A stretch of 64,000 nucleotides of DNA from an uncultured Spirochaetota bacterium (GCA_963827275.1 CAWHAA010000007.1:128001-192000); one strand, 5' to 3'; numbered from the stretch's first letter, positions 28,263 to 40,015 are shown. Notes: generated from the letters alone by a model not told the origin. Translations and numbers: made by a program.

Positions 28263-31012
28263 ATGTTCCTGAAATCGATGGATTTATACGGCTTCAAGTC
28301 TTTTGCCGACAAGACCCAGATCAATTTTGAGCCGGGCATCACCGTCATCATAGGCCCGAACGGGTGCGGGAAATCGAACGTCGTCGATGCGATCAAGTGG
28401 GTCCTGGGCGAAAAGCAGGCGAAGAACATCCGGGGCGATAAAATGGAGGACATCATCTTCGCGGGCACCGAGCAGCGGAAACAGCTCTCCCTGTCCGAGG
28501 TGTTCGTGACCATCGATAACACCAACCGCGTGCTCGACTTCGATTCGGATTCGGTCACGGTGGGACGGCGGATTTTCCGCGACGGCGAATCGGAATACCT
28601 CATCAACAAGTCGCCGGTGCGGCTCAAGGACGTCGAGAAGCTCTTCATGGATACCGGCATCGGCAAGTCGTCCTACTCCGTGATGGAGCAGGGGAAGATG
28701 GACCTCATCCTGTCAACCAGGCCGGAGGACCGGCGGTATATCTTCGAGGAGGCCGCGGGCATATCCAAGTACAAGTTCCAGAAGAAGGAGTCGCTGAAGA
28801 AGCTCACCGAGACCAGCGACAACCTGGAGCGGATCAACGACATCATCAAGGAAATCGAGCGGGAAAAAGACTTCAAGTCGAAGCAGGCGGAGACCACGAA
28901 GGTGTACCTCTCGCTGAAGGGGGAGCTCGCCGACCTGGACGTAAAGATAAACTGCCTCCGCTACCAGGAGCTCTCCAGGAAGCAGGCGAAGATCCAGGAC
29001 GATATCGAAAAGCACAACCAGGAGCGTGAATCCATATCGGCGCGGGTCTCCACCACGTCGGCGGACAACGAGAAGGACGAGAAGCGGAAGAACGACATCC
29101 AGCACCAGCTCTTCGAGCTGGAAAAGCGGCTCCACGCCTACCGCATCCGCGTCGAGGACATCGACGTAAAAACCGAAAAGAACAAGGGCCTCATCGAGGA
29201 AGAGAAGACGCTGAAGAAGGGGGTCGAGGACAAGATCGTCGAACGGACGAAAAACCTGGACCGCCTGCTCGACGAGAAGAAGAAGGCGGAGCAGGCGGGC
29301 GTCGAGATCGGCCGGAAGATCGAGGACGACCGGCAGAAGCTGGCGGCCTTCTTCACGACCCGGAAGCGGAAGATCGAATCGATCCACACCTCGCGGGACT
29401 CGATCGAGGAAAAGAAGCGCCAGATCAAGGATTCCGAGGGCAGCCTGAAGGAGCTCCGGGCGCTGCTTGAGGACGTCATCAGGAAGCTGGTCGACGCCAT
29501 CGAGAAACGGAAGGCCGAGCTGGAGGGGTCGGAGCAGGAGCGGTCACAGGTGCGGCGTATCATCGACGAGCGGATCGCCGCCATTGAGGAGTCGCTCCGC
29601 AGAGCGGCCTCCGAGCTCCGGGGCGGCATGGCCGACAGGGCGCTCGAGCTGCTCCTCTCGATCGACATGGGCTCGCTGAAGGGCGATATCCTGAAGTTCG
29701 AAAGCTACGAGGACGGGTTCCGCTCGATCCTCTTCGACAAGACGGGCATCCACGCCGAAAAGGAGGGGCTCGACCGGAGGATCAGGGAGCTGATCGAGGG
29801 GATCGAGCGGCTGCGGAACGAGATCGCGGCGCTGGAGGCGCACATCCAGCACGAGCAGACCGAGCTCGAGGACGTCAACCAGATGATTACGCGCATCGAG
29901 AAGGACCTCTCGCGCAACGAGACCGAGCGGGACTGGAACGAGAAAAACCTCCAGTCGCTGGGGGCCCAGATCGTCGATTTCCGCAAGCAGCTGGAGCATT
30001 ACGGCGAGGAGATACGTCCGGGCTGAAAAGAAGATCGAGGACCTCACCGCCGAGATACGGGAATGTGACCAGCGGCTTATCGAATTCAACGAGCGGAGCG
30101 AGTCGCTCGTGAAGGAGATCGCGGGCCCTTACCGAGAAACGGGTGGGGATCGAGAACAAGATACACGACCGGAAAAACGTCGCGCGCAAGGACGAGGAAG
30201 AGCTGCAGCGCGTCGTTGAAAAGATCACCAACCTCGACAAGTCGCAGGTGGAGCTTATATTCAAGAAGAACAGCATCGAGGAGCACCTCTGGATCGAGTA
30301 CGAGAAGAAGATCGACGAGATCAAGGACCTGAACGTCAGGGACGCGCAGATCGATTCCCTCCTGGCCCGCAGCCAGGACCTCAAGAAGCAGATCCAGGAC
30401 CTGGGCCCGATAAACAACCTGGCCATCGAGGAATACCGCAATCTTAAAAAGCGCTTTGAATACTACATCAAGCAGAAGAAGGACATCGAGAAGGCGAGGG
30501 AGGACATCTTCACCGTCATTGAAGACATCAACCGGACCTCCGTCGAGATGTTCATGGAGACCTTCAAGAGCATACAGAAGAACTTTTCCGATATTTTCCG
30601 CCAGCTCTTCGAGGGTGGCGAGGCGGCCATCCAGCTCGATGACATGAACAATGTCCTGGAATGCGGCATCGAGATCCTGATCCGGCCGCCGGGGAAAAAG
30701 CTGAAGAGCATCAACCTCCTCTCCGGCGGGGAGCGGGCGCTGACCGCCATCGCGCTCCTGTTCGCCACCTACATGGTCAAGCCGTCGCCATTCTGCTTCC
30801 TTGACGAGATCGACGCGCCCCTTGACGAGCTCAACGTCGGGCGCTTTGTCCGGCTTTTAAAAGAGTTCGCCCGCGGCTCGCAGTTTATCATCGTCACGCA
30901 TAACAAGAAAACCATGAGCATCGGCGAAACGCTGTATGGCGTAACGATGGAAGAGCCGGGTATCTCCAAGCTGATATCGGTAAAAATGGACAAGATTGAA
31001 GGGACCAATTGA
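28263..31012 (+). CDS. smc: Chromosome segregation protein SMC (~915 aa), two frameshifts near 30016 and 30125
   Basis: GFKSF, GPNGCGKSN, EQG Q-loop, LSGGE, FCFLDEIDAPLD, IIVTH; coiled-coil text continues across both breaks. Confidence 0.93.
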
Positions 31013-31019
31013 AAATAAC

Positions 31020-31048
31020 TTGACATTTCATATATATTAATTTATATT
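31020..31048 (+). promoter_or_regulatory. Sigma70-type promoter
   Basis: TTGACA-17 bp-TATATT upstream of CDS 31145. Confidence 0.55.
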
Positions 31049-31144
31049 CTTTTTAAAAGGTTTCTGTGTACCTTTCATGGTACCAGGCTTATAATGACCG
31101 CCCGGTCAAGAGTTTTTCTATCGAAGCACAAAGGAAGGTGTAAT

Positions 31145-31711
31145 ATGAAAGTTTCCATTGATGGAATACTGGGGACTGCGAAGAAGATCAACAGCCAGAG
31201 GGAACTGGAAGAGAACAATTCCAACAAGAAAAAGGGCGAGATAAAGACCGATTCGGTATCAATCGGCACGAGGATCAACTCGCGGCTTGACGCAATGGAG
31301 GCTGAATTCAGGGACGTGCAGTCCTCCCTTACCAAAAACCAGATTATCAGGGACGGGATCGAGCAGCTCCGTGCCGATTTCCAGAAGGGCGGGCAGGAGC
31401 GGCAGAATATCATCAATAACGTCATGTTCGAGGGAAAAAAAGCGCTCGCCGGCTTCGACGCGGAGCCCATCAACCCGCAGTTCCTTGACGCAAAGCAGGA
31501 ACATACCGCGCGGATGATCCATGATGACGTAACCCGGCTGAAACGTCTCCAGGTGGAGCTTGACAACATAATGGCATCGGACCTTGTGGGCCAGGACCGT
31601 CTCCAGAATATCATGGCCAACATCGATTCGATATTTCCCCGCTCCGGCATGACGAATATTGAGAGCATTTCATCTCTCAGACCGGATACGGTCATGAGGC
31701 TCATTAAATAG
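31145..31711 (+). CDS. Hypothetical helical protein with flagellin-like segments
   Basis: AGGAAGGT RBS; segments INNVMFEGKKAL and terminal SSLRPDTVMRLIK. Confidence 0.6.
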   Translation: MKVSIDGILGTAKKINSQRELEENNSNKKKGEIKTDSVSIGTRINSRLDAMEAEFRDVQSSLTKNQIIRDGIEQLRADFQKGGQERQNIINNVMFEGKKALAGFDAEPINPQFLDAKQEHTARMIHDDVTRLKRLQVELDNIMASDLVGQDRLQNIMANIDSIFPRSGMTNIESISSLRPDTVMRLIK

Positions 31712-32048
31712 ACATTTTTTATCCTCCTTCACCGGGCGGACCCCCCGCATGTGAATGATGCGGTCCTTCGAGAGCGGACGCGTCTTCATGGCATCCATAA
31801 TTCACCTGATCAGCCGTCACGACCTGGCCTGGATCCCGCATGCCCGGTGTCACGCGGGCAAGGGAGCATTTTTTCGGGTAAAAACTAATTTTTTTTTGAC
31901 AAAAAAAAGGCGTAATATTTTCTGATTCTTATATTTACTCCGTGACGAAAAATTGTTATTTTAGAAGCGAGTGTTGTCTCGTGCCGGGGCTTGCTGCCTG
32001 TACGAAAGCCGCGGAATGACTGTAAAACTTTGAAACCAGGGTGGGGAC

Positions 32049-32426
32049 ATGGCCAAGGACTACCACGAAAAAGACTATGATGATGAAGTATATGAAGACG
32101 GGTATTACGAAGAGCATTACGAGGAAGAGGAACTGGAAGACGAAGCCGAACTCATAGAGGAAGAGGAAGAGCTGGATGCCGGGGAAGAGGTCGCGGTAGG
32201 CGACCGCATCGACGATGAGGAAGCGGAAGAGGAGGCCGTCGTCGAGGGCGAGGAGGAGGTCAGCTGGGACGAAGAGGACCAGAAGAAGATGACCGTCAGT
32301 TACGCGTGCGAGGAATGCGACTACCGCTGGGACGATATCGTCATCAAGAAAAAAGGGGTGATCGAGGATGAGGAGCCCGATGTTATCTGCCCCATGTGCG
32401 GATCAATGAACGTTACCCTGATATGA
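32049..32426 (+). CDS. Highly acidic protein with C-terminal Zn ribbon
   Basis: E/D-rich N-terminus; CEEC and CPMC; stop overlaps uvrA start (ATGA). Confidence 0.75.
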   Translation: MAKDYHEKDYDDEVYEDGYYEEHYEEEELEDEAELIEEEEELDAGEEVAVGDRIDDEEAEEEAVVEGEEEVSWDEEDQKKMTVSYACEECDYRWDDIVIKKKGVIEDEEPDVICPMCGSMNVTLI

Positions 32427-35264
32427 GCGGTCGGTCCATTGTAATAAAGGGAGCACGAGAGCACAATCTAAAGAACATATCAGTAGAAATCCCGCGGGAC
32501 AGGCTCGTTGTCCTGACCGGGCTGTCCGGTTCCGGAAAATCATCACTTGCATTTGACACCATTTACGCCGAGGGGCAGCGCCGCTACGTGGAATCGCTTT
32601 CATCGTACGCCCGGCAGTTCCTCGGCCTCATGGAGAAGCCGGACGTCGATTACATCGACGGGCTTTCCCCCGCAATATCCATAGAACAGAAGACGACCCA
32701 CCGGAACCCCCGGTCCACGGTCGGCACCGTTACCGAGATCTACGATTACTTCAGGCTCCTCTACGCGCGTATCGGCGTGCCCCACTGCCACAAGTGCGGA
32801 AAAAAAATATCATCGCAGTCGCTCGACCAGATCGTCGAGAACCTGATGACCTACCCGCAGGGGACGCGGCTGCAGGTCCTGGCGCCGCTGGTGCGCGGCA
32901 GGAAGGGCGAGCATGCCGACAGGTTCGAGCAGGCGCGCAAGAAGGGCTTCGTGCGGGTGCGGGTCGACGGCGAGGTGAAGCGAGCTCGAGGAGGAGATCA
33001 AACTCGACAAGAACCACAAGCACACCGTGGAGATCATCGTCGACCGGATCGTCCTGAAGGACGGGGTGCGGCCGCGCTTGCCGAGTCGGTCGAGACCTCG
33101 ATGGAGCTCGCCGAGGGCCTGGTGACCGTGCTCATCGACGGCGCGGACGGGGGCGCGGCGGAGGAGCGGCTCTTTTCAACGAAGCTCTCCTGCACCGAGT
33201 GCGGCATCTCCATCCCGGAGCTGTCGCCGCGGATGTTTTCCTTCAACAGCCCCTACGGCGCCTGCCCTGCCTGCACGGGCCTGGGGTTCATCATGCAGTT
33301 CGACCCGAACCTCATCGTGTCGGACCCGGACCGGTCGCTCTATGACGGGGTGCTGGAGGTGTGGGGCAAGACCACGAGCTACTGGTACCTCGAGCAGATA
33401 AAGACCCTGGAAAAGAACCTCGGCTTTGACGCGCATACGCCCTGGAAGAAGCTCCCGAAAAAGATAAAGGACATCATCCTCTACGGATCGGAAGGGAAAG
33501 AAGATCGACTACAAGGTCAAGCGCGAGAACGCGGAGTACCGCTTCACCCGCGCCTTCGAGGGCGTGATCCCGAACCTGCACCGCCGCTACATGGAGACGA
33601 AGTCCGAGGACATGCGCATCTGGATGGAGGGCTACATGTCCAACAAGGTGTGCGAGGAGTGCGGGGGCAAGCGGCTGCGGCCGGAGAGCCTGGCCGTGAA
33701 GGTGGCGGGATACGGCATCGACGAGATCACGGCGCGGTCGATCGGCGCGGCGAACGAGCTCTTCCGGGACCTGGCGCTCACGGACACCGAGAAAAAGATC
33801 TCCGAGCAGATCATGAAGGAGATACGGGCCCGGCTCAAGTTCCTCAGCGACGTCGGCATCGATTACATCACGCTGGACCGGGCCGCCGGCACCCTCTCGG
33901 GCGGGGAGTCGCAGCGGATCCGGCTCGCCACCCAGATCGGGTCGAGCCTGACGGGGGTGCTCTATGTCCTGGACGAACCGAGCATCGGCCTCCACCAGCG
34001 CGACAACCGGAAGCTCCTGGCCACGCTGAAGCGCCTGCGCGACCTGGGAAACACGGTCATCGTGGTGGAGCACGACGAGGACACCATCCGCGAGGCCGAG
34101 TACGTCGTGGACCTGGGCCCGGGCGCGGGCCTTCACGGCGGCTACGTCGTGGCCGCGGGCACTCCCGCCGAGATCGAGGCGAACAGGGACTCCCTCACCG
34201 GCCGCTACCTGGCGGGCGAGTCCTTCATCCCGGTCCCGGGAAAGCGGCGGGAGCCGTCCGACTTCATCGAAATAAAAGGGGCGCGGGAGAATAACCTAAA
34301 GAAGATAGACGCGAAATTCCCGCTCGGCCTGTTCACCGCGGTGACCGGCGTGTCCGGCTCCGGGAAATCGACCCTCGTCATCGACATACTCTACAAGGCG
34401 CTGTCGTCCCTGGTGATGAAATCGAAGGAGTATCCGGGCGCGTTCGAAAAGTTCCTCGGCGTGGAGAAGATCGACAAGGTGATCGATATCGACCAGTCGC
34501 CCATCGGGCGGACGCCCCGTTCGAACCCCGCCACCTATACCGGCCTCTTCACGCCGATACGCGACCTCTTCACCAGGCTCCCCGAGTCGAAGCTCCGGGG
34601 CTACCAGCCGGGGCGCTTTTCCTTCAACGTGCCCGGCGGGCGCTGCGAATCGTGCTACGGGGACGGCGTCATCAAGATCGAGATGCACTTCCTGCCCGAC
34701 GTGTACATCACCTGCGAGGTGTGCAAGGGGAGGCGCTATAACCATGAGACGCTCGAGGTGCGCTACAAGGGAAAGAACATCTATGAGATACTGGAGATGA
34801 CCGTGGAGGAGGCGCTCGAATTCTTCAGCGCGGTCCCCGCGGTCAGGAGCAAGCTCGACACCCTGAACCGGGTGGGGCTCGGGTACATCAAGCTCGGGCA
34901 GCCCGCCACGACCCTGTCGGGGGGCGAGGCGCAGCGGGTGAAGCTGTCGGCCGAGCTGTCGAAGCGGGCGACCGGCAGGACCGTCTACCTGCTCGACGAG
35001 CCGACCACGGGCCTCCATTTCGCCGACATCCAGAAGCTGATCGACGTGCTCCAGTCGCTGGTGGACAAGGGGAACACCGTGATCGTCATCGAGCACAACC
35101 TGGACGTGATCAAGACCGCGGACTGGATCATCGACCTCGGGCCGGAGGGCGGCGACGCGGGAGGCCGCATCGTCGCGCAGGGCACGCCCGAGGAGGTCGC
35201 GCTCGTGAAGGAGTCGTACACGGGGCAGTTCCTCAAGAAGGCGCTTAAGAAAAAATCACGATAG
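32423..35264 (+). CDS. uvrA: Excinuclease ABC subunit A, frameshifts near 32980, 33077 and 33498
   Basis: [64 protein letters not shown], Zn fingers. Confidence 0.96.
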
Positions 35265-35442
35265 TAGCCGTTCCCTCACGGCGGACGCCTGAAAAAATAG
35301 TTGTGTTAATTATCCTTCTCTGTATTATTTAGCGAAATTGTCATCCACGAGAGCTCTTTCATTCCCATGTATGCTGGCGGAAGGGGAGGGCCGCCGGTCG
35401 TGAGAATCGGTCACCGGTATAAACACGTAGAGGTATGGATTT

Positions 35443-36087
35443 ATGAAAAACAACAGGCATGCTGCATATGCGTCCATGTGCGTTATTATCACGCTTTTTT
35501 TCCTTGCCGGGTGCGGGTCCCTGACGCGCTCCGCGACACGCGGCGACCTTAACGGAGTGAAAAAGCACCTCTCGGAAGGCGCCGATATCAACCAGTCCGA
35601 CAGGTGGGGATGGACCCCGGTGATGTGGTCTGTCTATTATAATTATTACGATGTTGTCAAATACATGCTTGAGAACGGGGCCAATGCGAACGCGCGCACC
35701 CAGAAAGCGTACGGCTCCATTGCGAAGGGAAGCACGCCGCTCATCATCGCCGCCTATTATGATTACCCGGGCATCGTGCTCAGGCTTATGAAGCACGGCG
35801 CCAACCCGAAGCTGGAAAACGAGCGGGGCGAGACCGCCTATACCGTGGCCGAAAAATTTAATTTTTCCGATATACTGGAGATCCTCGAAGGGAAGGGGAA
35901 AAAGGGGTACGCCCCGGTGAAGGACGAAGGGGAACCGGAGGAGGCCAACCAGATCATACTCATGAAGGACGGGAGCAAGATCGTGGGGAAGATAATTACC
36001 CAGACGCGCACCCATGTCACGGTCAAAACAAAGTACAGCACCATGACCATCGAAAAAGACAGGATCAGCGAGATGAAATTCAAGTAG
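35443..36087 (+). CDS. Ankyrin-repeat lipoprotein with C-terminal Sm-like module
   Basis: Lipobox LAGC; GADIN..D..GWTP, GSTPLIIAA, GETA ankyrin motifs. Confidence 0.85.
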   Translation: MKNNRHAAYASMCVIITLFFLAGCGSLTRSATRGDLNGVKKHLSEGADINQSDRWGWTPVMWSVYYNYYDVVKYMLENGANANARTQKAYGSIAKGSTPLIIAAYYDYPGIVLRLMKHGANPKLENERGETAYTVAEKFNFSDILEILEGKGKKGYAPVKDEGEPEEANQIILMKDGSKIVGKIITQTRTHVTVKTKYSTMTIEKDRISEMKFK

Positions 36088-36154
36088 GCGGACGCACCAG
36101 ATCGCCGGCAGGTTTTATGGAGTGCAAACAGGACGGGGCCCCGTCCTGTTGTGC

Positions 36155-37075
36155 TTATCGCATCCGGATTGTCTTTATGCTCCGCGTGGGCACCTGGATG
36201 ATCCCGTGGGGCGTGTGGATGCGCGCCACGGAGGTGTCCTGGTAGATGACCGCGCCCACGAGTACCGTGCCGTCATCCAGGCTCACCTCTTCAAGCTTGT
36301 TGTAATATTCCTTGATGGCCTTTTCTGTTTTAAGCACGGGCGCAGCTTGTTCCGCTGCACGCTTTTCTGCCGCTGCCGGGCCTTGCCCGGCTCCTGCCAC
36401 GGCACCGCCGGTGGCGCCGATGGTCTTTTCCAGGGCCGCTTCCTCTTGTTTGAGCTCTTCCATCGCCTGTTCCGGTATTGTCTTTATCGCCGCTTCATAG
36501 GTGCCGCGTGATACTTCAAGCGTCTCTCCTTCTCTGACCAGGCCGCCGGCCTGCGGCCTGCTGCCCGCCGTGACCTGCACCGTCCCGCGCAGCACCGTCA
36601 CGCCGGTCGCGGCGCCCGCCGATGTTTTTCCGGACCTGTCGACCGACACCACGAAGGTCGTTCCCCGGACGGACGCGACCGCGGTCGGCGTCCTGACCCT
36701 GAGGGAGTCGGGCTTCGCGAGCTTTGATATGAGCAGCATGGCCCTGCCTTTTTCCACTGCGAACTCGGTATCATCCGCGCCGGCGGTTCCGGCCGGCCCT
36801 ATTTTCGATATGATGAATTCTGAATTTTCGTAGACCTTGACGGCTGATTGTTCGGGGAACAGCAGGGTGACCATCGAATTCTCACCGGTCAGCACCCTGT
36901 CGCCGGGGCCAAGGAGAGCGTTCAGCGGCAGGTCGTTTCCCGGGACGTTAAGGCTTACCGCGCCGACCCTGTTTACCGCGGTGACCGGTCCCCCGCTCTT
37001 TTTTTCCTTCACGCATCCGTATGACAGGACGGCTGCAAGAAGAAGGAGTGCCGCGCCGCGTGTTGCACTGTTCAT
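36155..37075 (-). CDS. FecR-domain lipoprotein (LipL45-like) with C-terminal Sm-like module
   Basis: Lipobox SYGC; GD.V.TG..S, VRTPTAVASVRGTTF, VTVLRGTVQV. Confidence 0.82.
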   Translation of the reverse strand: MNSATRGAALLLLAAVLSYGCVKEKKSGGPVTAVNRVGAVSLNVPGNDLPLNALLGPGDRVLTGENSMVTLLFPEQSAVKVYENSEFIISKIGPAGTAGADDTEFAVEKGRAMLLISKLAKPDSLRVRTPTAVASVRGTTFVVSVDRSGKTSAGAATGVTVLRGTVQVTAGSRPQAGGLVREGETLEVSRGTYEAAIKTIPEQAMEELKQEEAALEKTIGATGGAVAGAGQGPAAAEKRAAEQAAPVLKTEKAIKEYYNKLEEVSLDDGTVLVGAVIYQDTSVARIHTPHGIIQVPTRSIKTIRMR

Positions 37076-37366
37076 AATCAGCTCCGGAGTAAGTGGTTTC
37101 TTTCTTAACGTTAGTAAGAAAATCAGGTCCAGTCAAGGATATTTTGCCCGCCCGGCTGCGGCGGCTTGCATTGCCCGCAGTGGGCCGCCGCGGTCTTTTT
37201 TCTGTCACCGGGCGGCTAAATCCAAAAAAACTCTTGCATTATGTCTCATTTGTTTATATAAATGCAATAATTTATTATGTCGCTAAAAACGGGCCAAATT
37301 TTACACAATTCGCTGCCCGGTTGGGACGATAATATAACAGCCATGGGTTCTACAAACACATCTTTT

Positions 37367-39376
37367 ATGAAGCGATTCTGGGCGCCGGTACTTCTTGTGT
37401 CCGTTATCTGTTTCTATCCCCCGCTTGCCTTCTCCGAGATGAAGGACATGGTCAGGTTCGAGGTGGCGAAGAAACATTACCGCCAGGGGTGCGTGCATTT
37501 CAACGCCATGCGCTATCTCGCCTCTGTCGAGTTCTTCCGCAAGGCGGTGAACGCGTATCCCGACTACTATACCGCCCGCGACCACCTTGCCCGCGCCTAC
37601 AAGCTCGCGGGGTTCACCGACGCCGCGCTGAAGGAATGGGAAAGCCTGGCGGAAGCCTCCCCGGACAATGTCGCCGTGGTGTCGAAGATCGACGGGCTCC
37701 GCTTCCAGGACGCGGCGCGCGAGAGGCCGGCGGACGGCTCGGAGTACGTTGAGTACGAGGCGTATAAATCCTCGGCGTATAACCGGTTCCGCTTCAAAAA
37801 CCCCGTCGATATAGCCGTTGACACGGACAAGAACATCTATATCACTTCCTTTTCCGAGGGATCGCTGGTCAAACTTGACACCAACGGCCGCGGCATTTTT
37901 TCCATAAAGACGTCGATCTCCGGCACCCTCTACGGTGTTGACTGCCATGCGGGCAGGGTCGCCGTTTCGGATTTCAGGGGGGACCGGGTCTATATACTGG
38001 ACTCCGGCGGGAAGACCCTGCAGAGGTTCGGCTCGAGCGGCGCCGGGGAAGGGGAGTTCCACGGGCCCGAAGGCCTCTGCTTCAATGACAGGGGCGAGCT
38101 CTATGTCGTCGATTCGGGAAACAGCCGGGTGCAGAAGTTCGATGACACGGGAAAATTCATCCTCCAGTTCGGGAAGAAGGGCGAGTACGAGGGCGAGCTT
38201 TCGAAGCCCACTGACGTCGCCGCCCTCGGCGACAGGGTATACGTCACCGATACCGGCAACCGCCGGATAGCCTGTTTTGACGATTCGGGCAATTTCATAG
38301 AGAACATTACTGGCGATGCCCTCTACTCGCCGCGCGGGATTGCGCGCCACAAGGACCTGCTCCTCGTGTCTGACGAGAAGAAGGGGCCGCTCTTCTACCG
38401 TCCCGCGGACCGGTCGCTCTCCCCCTTCGAGCCGGGGTCGGGCCTGTCGCGCGCTGTGGCGTCCGCCGTGGACAGGGACGGATATATCTACTGCCTCGAC
38501 TATAACCGGGAATCGGTGGTGCTCTTCTCGCCGGTGCAGAAGCGCTATTCCAACATGAGCCTTGAAATCACCTCGGTTGACACGGCGAGCTTCCCGGTCG
38601 TGGCGTTTTACGTCAATGTCAGGAACAGGGACGGCAGCGCGGTCTACGGGCTCGATAAAACGAATTTTACGGTCACCGAGGACGGCGCCCTCATTACGAA
38701 TATCTACAGCGATTATTTAAAGCGCCTCATGCCGTCGGTGTCGATCTCTCTCTGCGTGGACCGCTCGGACAGGGCGGAGCAGTTCCACGGCGACCTGCCC
38801 TGGACCGCGGAATTCATTCTGCAGAAGATGCGGAAGAACGACTCGATCGAGGTGATAAATTTCAACCGTGAGCCGTGGGCCGGCACGAGGTTCGACTGGA
38901 GCCGCCGGAGGACCCTCCGGGCGCTCAGGGAGCGCGAGTACGGCGGGGGAAAAAATTTCGGCAAGGCGCTCTACGGCGCGATCGGCGACCTGGTCCCGCG
39001 CCTGAACCGCCGGGGCGTCGTCATGGTCACGGACGGGAGCGTCGATGAAAATTCCTTCCGGAGCTACACCCCGGAGAACATCATCCGCTACGCGAAATCG
39101 CACTATATCCCCATCTATATTGTCTCGTTCAGGGAGCCCGATCAGCAGCTCCGGGACATAGCCGAGGAGACGGGCGGCGCAGTGTTCAGGCCGAGGGACG
39201 TGGACAGCCTCAGGTCGATCTATTCGCGCATCAAGAATTCGGAGGAATACCGGTACGTGCTGGTATACTCGACCTTCAAGCTCAAGTCGTTCCGGGGTTG
39301 GTGGTCCGACGTAAAGATAGAGGCCGACCACAAGGGACAGAAGGGCGTTGAATGGGGCGGCTATTTCGTGCCGTAG
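37367..39376 (+). CDS. Secreted TPR + NHL-repeat beta-propeller + vWA-like protein
   Basis: Signal peptide; TPR; NHL repeats F.GP.G...LYVVDSGNSRVQKF, KPTDVA...VYVTDTGNRRI; C-terminal CVDRS...VTDG...AEETGG. Confidence 0.82.
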   Translation: MKRFWAPVLLVSVICFYPPLAFSEMKDMVRFEVAKKHYRQGCVHFNAMRYLASVEFFRKAVNAYPDYYTARDHLARAYKLAGFTDAALKEWESLAEASPDNVAVVSKIDGLRFQDAARERPADGSEYVEYEAYKSSAYNRFRFKNPVDIAVDTDKNIYITSFSEGSLVKLDTNGRGIFSIKTSISGTLYGVDCHAGRVAVSDFRGDRVYILDSGGKTLQRFGSSGAGEGEFHGPEGLCFNDRGELYVVDSGNSRVQKFDDTGKFILQFGKKGEYEGELSKPTDVAALGDRVYVTDTGNRRIACFDDSGNFIENITGDALYSPRGIARHKDLLLVSDEKKGPLFYRPADRSLSPFEPGSGLSRAVASAVDRDGYIYCLDYNRESVVLFSPVQKRYSNMSLEITSVDTASFPVVAFYVNVRNRDGSAVYGLDKTNFTVTEDGALITNIYSDYLKRLMPSVSISLCVDRSDRAEQFHGDLPWTAEFILQKMRKNDSIEVINFNREPWAGTRFDWSRRRTLRALREREYGGGKNFGKALYGAIGDLVPRLNRRGVVMVTDGSVDENSFRSYTPENIIRYAKSHYIPIYIVSFREPDQQLRDIAEETGGAVFRPRDVDSLRSIYSRIKNSEEYRYVLVYSTFKLKSFRGWWSDVKIEADHKGQKGVEWGGYFVP

Positions 39377-39391
39377 GAGGCGTGGAAAGGT

Positions 39392-40015
39392 ATGCAGTTC
39401 GTACAGGAAAGCTTGATCAGCGCCCTTAAAAAGAAGGGCATATCCTCCGGCTCCGTCCTCCAGGCGATGGCGGGCGTGCCGCGCCACCTCTTCGTTTCCG
39501 AGGCCCTCCGCTTCCATGCCTACAATGACATATCGCTTCCGATCGGCCACGGCCAGACCATATCCAAGCCGTCGGTGATCGCGAAGATGGTGCAGTCCCT
39601 CGATCTGACCGGCGACGAGCGGGTCCTTGAGATCGGGACCGGCTCGGGATACCAGTCGGCGATACTCTCACGGCTCGCCGGCTCGCTGGTCACCATGGAG
39701 CGCATCGAGGAGCTGGCCAACCGCGCCAGGGGGCTCCTGTTCGGCCTGGGCTACCGCAACATCCAGTTCATCCATTCGGGCGATTTCAACGAGGTGAAGG
39801 GCGTCTTCGACGCGGTCATCGTGGCGGCGGGCGCGGACATCCTCCCGGTATCGCTGTTCGGCAAGATCGTCCCGGGCGGCAGGCTCATCATTCCGGTGGG
39901 GAGCCGGCGGGGCCACCGCATAAAGAAATTCATCGTCAAACAGAACGGCGTTGTCGTCGAGGAGGATATCGGCGAGGCCACGTTCGTGCCCTACATCATA
40001 GGCGAGACCGCGTAA
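39392..40015 (+). CDS. pcm: Protein-L-isoaspartate O-methyltransferase
   Basis: VPRHLFV, LPIGHGQTISKP, VLEIGTGSGYQ, GGRLIIPVG, FVP. Confidence 0.93.
   Translation: MQFVQESLISALKKKGISSGSVLQAMAGVPRHLFVSEALRFHAYNDISLPIGHGQTISKPSVIAKMVQSLDLTGDERVLEIGTGSGYQSAILSRLAGSLVTMERIEELANRARGLLFGLGYRNIQFIHSGDFNEVKGVFDAVIVAAGADILPVSLFGKIVPGGRLIIPVGSRRGHRIKKFIVKQNGVVVEEDIGEATFVPYIIGETA

Noticed and set aside
31890..31910. LexA/SOS box upstream of the uvrA operon
   Set aside because: Only a poly-T/poly-A dyad around TGAC; does not fit a LexA consensus I can support
31712..32048. Structured ncRNA in the intergenic region
   Set aside because: Some local hairpins but no recognisable family motif; an Rfam search would be needed
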